Below are positions 61,699-64,000 of a DNA stretch of 64,000 nt, piece after piece. Position numbers and translations under genes: made by a program. Source of the stretch: Macrostomum hystrix (lineage: Eukaryota > Animalia > Platyhelminthes); NCBI GenBank assembly GCA_950097015.1, contig CATNEN010000002.1, positions 3,100,001-3,164,000 on the forward strand. The letters run 5' to 3'. The first letter of the stretch is position 1; each line of letters starts with the position of its first letter. The notes beneath the pieces are model-generated. The model worked only from the letters and a program-made list of their open reading frames with translations. It did no database searches and was not told the DNA's origin.

Positions 61699-64000
61699 CT
61701 TAAGAAAGGCTCGCACCTGAGCCAGGCTAAACTCGCTGTTCGGTGCCCATCTGTCGTAGGCAATGAGCAAAGCCTTGTGATAGGCGTCTAGCACACCTGT
61801 AACACTGTTTCGACCGCGGTAAACCCGTTTGTACTCGGCGTAAGCCGATCGCCACTCAGACTGAATCATACGACGCAGATTCGCCGCATCGGCATTCAAA
61901 TCGCTGTTTTCGTCTGAAGCATCCCCAATCCCACCAGCAAGTCGCGGTGGCAGAATTCGTGCAGTGGCCGACTTGTTGACGGGATAGCCGGGCGCCAGGC
62001 TGATCAGCAGCTCCGGAGCAGCACCATCCGGCAGAAGGCTGCAATTTTCATACACAACACGCAGACGGACCCGGTGAGAGGTCGGGTCGCCCGACTTGTT
62101 AAGATCTGCGGCCATGTCGGCATCTTCATCGTAATTGCTGACTTCATCTTCATCGTCTGCGCTACCTGTGCTGTGCTCCGTTGCTCCTCGGCTAGCGCTG
62201 TTGAGCACGCGCACGCGCCAATATGCTGGCAGATCGGCCAGCTCGGAGCGCAACGGCAGATCAGGCGGTGGGGCCGGTATCGCTGTCGCCTCTTGAGCTA
62301 GATTGTTGTCAGCCGAGTCCATGGATGTAACCGTAGCGAGATCAGCGGTGACAGGGATAAAGAGTGAGTCGCGCGGAGGGACAGCGCCCTGATTAGCAGA
62401 GCGAACCTCGGAGGCAAAGCGCGACCAGACTGAGTCGCAGACAGCACTTTTCATGACAGAATCGATCTCCTGGACAAGTATTATAAGTACATTAAATTGC
62501 AAATTGTTAGTTAACCGACTATTTTACTAATCACATAATATTCATAATTTTTTTCTCGACACACTAACTTGTACGTACCTTCAATAGAGTCTCTCCGAGG
62601 CGCCTTGGTGTAGGTTGGATTTCGACTTGCTGACTATTGCTCTCTGAAACTACAGGCATAGGTGAAGGCTGCTGCTGTTGCTGCTGCTGCTGCTGCAAAT
62701 TCAGCAGTTGCTGATGCTGCAGCTGCTGTTGCTGCTGACGCTGTAATTGCTGCTGTTGCAATTGATGCTGCTGGATTTGTTGCTGAATCTGCTGCTGGTT
62801 AAGTGGTTGTTGCAGCAACTGTTGCTGCATACGCTGATGCTGCAATTGTTGCTGCATTTGCTGTTGAGGTACTTGTTGCTGCATTTGCGGCTGCTGCATC
62901 TGCGGCTGCTGCATCTGCGGCTGCTGCATCTGAGGCTGCTGCATCTGGGGCTGCTGCATCTGCGGCTGCTGATGGTGCAACGGTTGTTGTTGCTGAAGTC
63001 TTTGCTGCTGAATTTGCTGCTGCTGCTGTAAATTCTGAGGCTGCACCTGTGTTCTAAGAATATTCTCTAGCTGAATGATGGTGCTATCAATTTTATCTGC
63101 GTCTGGCTGAGTGCGTACAAAATTTTCCGGTGAGTCTAGAATGTCGCAGATCTGTCTCAGCTTGTTAGTTTGGCTGGGATTGCCTTGCAAGCTCTCCACG
63201 CGTCTCCTCAATGCCTGGCTGTACTGCTGATTCAGCAGCCGAATGCGCTGAATCTGCTGCTGCTGACGATCCGTCAGTGGCGCCAGCTGTTGAGGCGGCA
63301 GCTGTTGAGGCGGCAGCTGCTGAGGTGGCAACTGTTGAGTTGCCAGCTGTTGAGGCGGCAGTTGCTGATGAATCGGTCTAGATCGATCTACACGAACGCT
63401 TTGAGGCTGCGCTACCAAATGCTGTTGTGGCATGCGTGCCGCAACGTTGCCAACCATAATGCCGCCGACAGCGGTTGCTCCTCCGCCGACCATGTTTGAC
63501 AGTGACACCAGAGGGTCCGGCGCCGCATGCGACTGCATTTGCGGCCGAACTGACGTCGGCTGCGGCACCTGTGGCTGGGGTGGGGGCGGCTGCTGCAAGA
63601 CTTGCTGCGTTGGCACCTGTTGAGGCGGCGGCTGCTGCTGCGGCTGTCGGCGACCTGTAAGAGCGTCCTCCAGCTTGGCTACAATGCTCCGATACTGCTG
63701 GTCAAAGGTGGCGCCCCCGGCCTGCTGATTGGACTGGCAGCGCTGGAACACGTGAGTCTCGAGCTGGTCAGCGGTTGGATAGCGAGCGAGCAGCTGGTTA
63801 ACCTGCAGGCCCTGAACCGGACTGCGGTACAGCTCCGCCAGCCTGCGCCGAGTCTCTGCGCGAAGCTGCTGCAAATGGGGAGGCAGAGCTTGCGGCAGCT
63901 GCAACTGCTGCCCCTGCTGGATATGCTGCTGCTGCTGTGGCTGCTGTTGCGGTTGTTGTAGATGCTGAGAAACGATTTGATATCGAGCATTGTAGTTTTG
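61693..64000 (-). CDS. MED15: Mediator subunit 15, 5' incomplete
   Basis: Frame open from the window edge to donor AAG|GTACGT at 62579; exon 62469-61693. KIX-like segment (LETHVFQRC...YRSIVAKL), poly-Q tracts, central ALRRRVESL...KLRQICDILDSP, and C-terminal ELLISLAPGYP...NSVTGVLDAY match MED15 architecture. Confidence 0.88.

Noticed and set aside
63679-63990. ATG-initiated 103-aa Ser-rich ORF as the MED15 start
   Set aside because: Different frame from the Q-rich MED15 frame, which stays open to the window edge.

Overview
Spliced animal genomic DNA: GT-AG introns, GC-rich low-complexity exons and introns filled with minisatellites. The style suggests a free-living flatworm such as Macrostomum (inference, unverified). 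Left (1-16.7 kb): three closely packed minus-strand housekeeping genes, SCP2-domain -> THOC5 -> POLD1 (POLD1 3' exons lie beyond the left edge), forming a candidate operon; nearly every intron holds its own tandem repeat. Middle (16.7-32 kb): AT-rich DNA with two inverted TTAA-flanked MITEs and a 10.5-kb segment bounded by near-identical 497-bp inverted repeats with a 7/8 flanking duplication. That segment contains a 4.8-kb 56-bp satellite with 1,398-bp higher-order structure and an orphan exon. Right (32.7-59 kb): an accessory cluster with a secreted PAN+WSC gene, two paralogous ~1,700-aa almost all-ankyrin genes (one 5-kb exon plus a small acidic tail exon) and two divergent Regnase/Zc3h12-type NYN ribonuclease genes between them, one split by a 1-nt frameshift in an A7 run. 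SINE and LINE relics are interspersed. MED15 (5' incomplete) is at the right edge. All domain calls are by-eye motif recognition; no searches were run.
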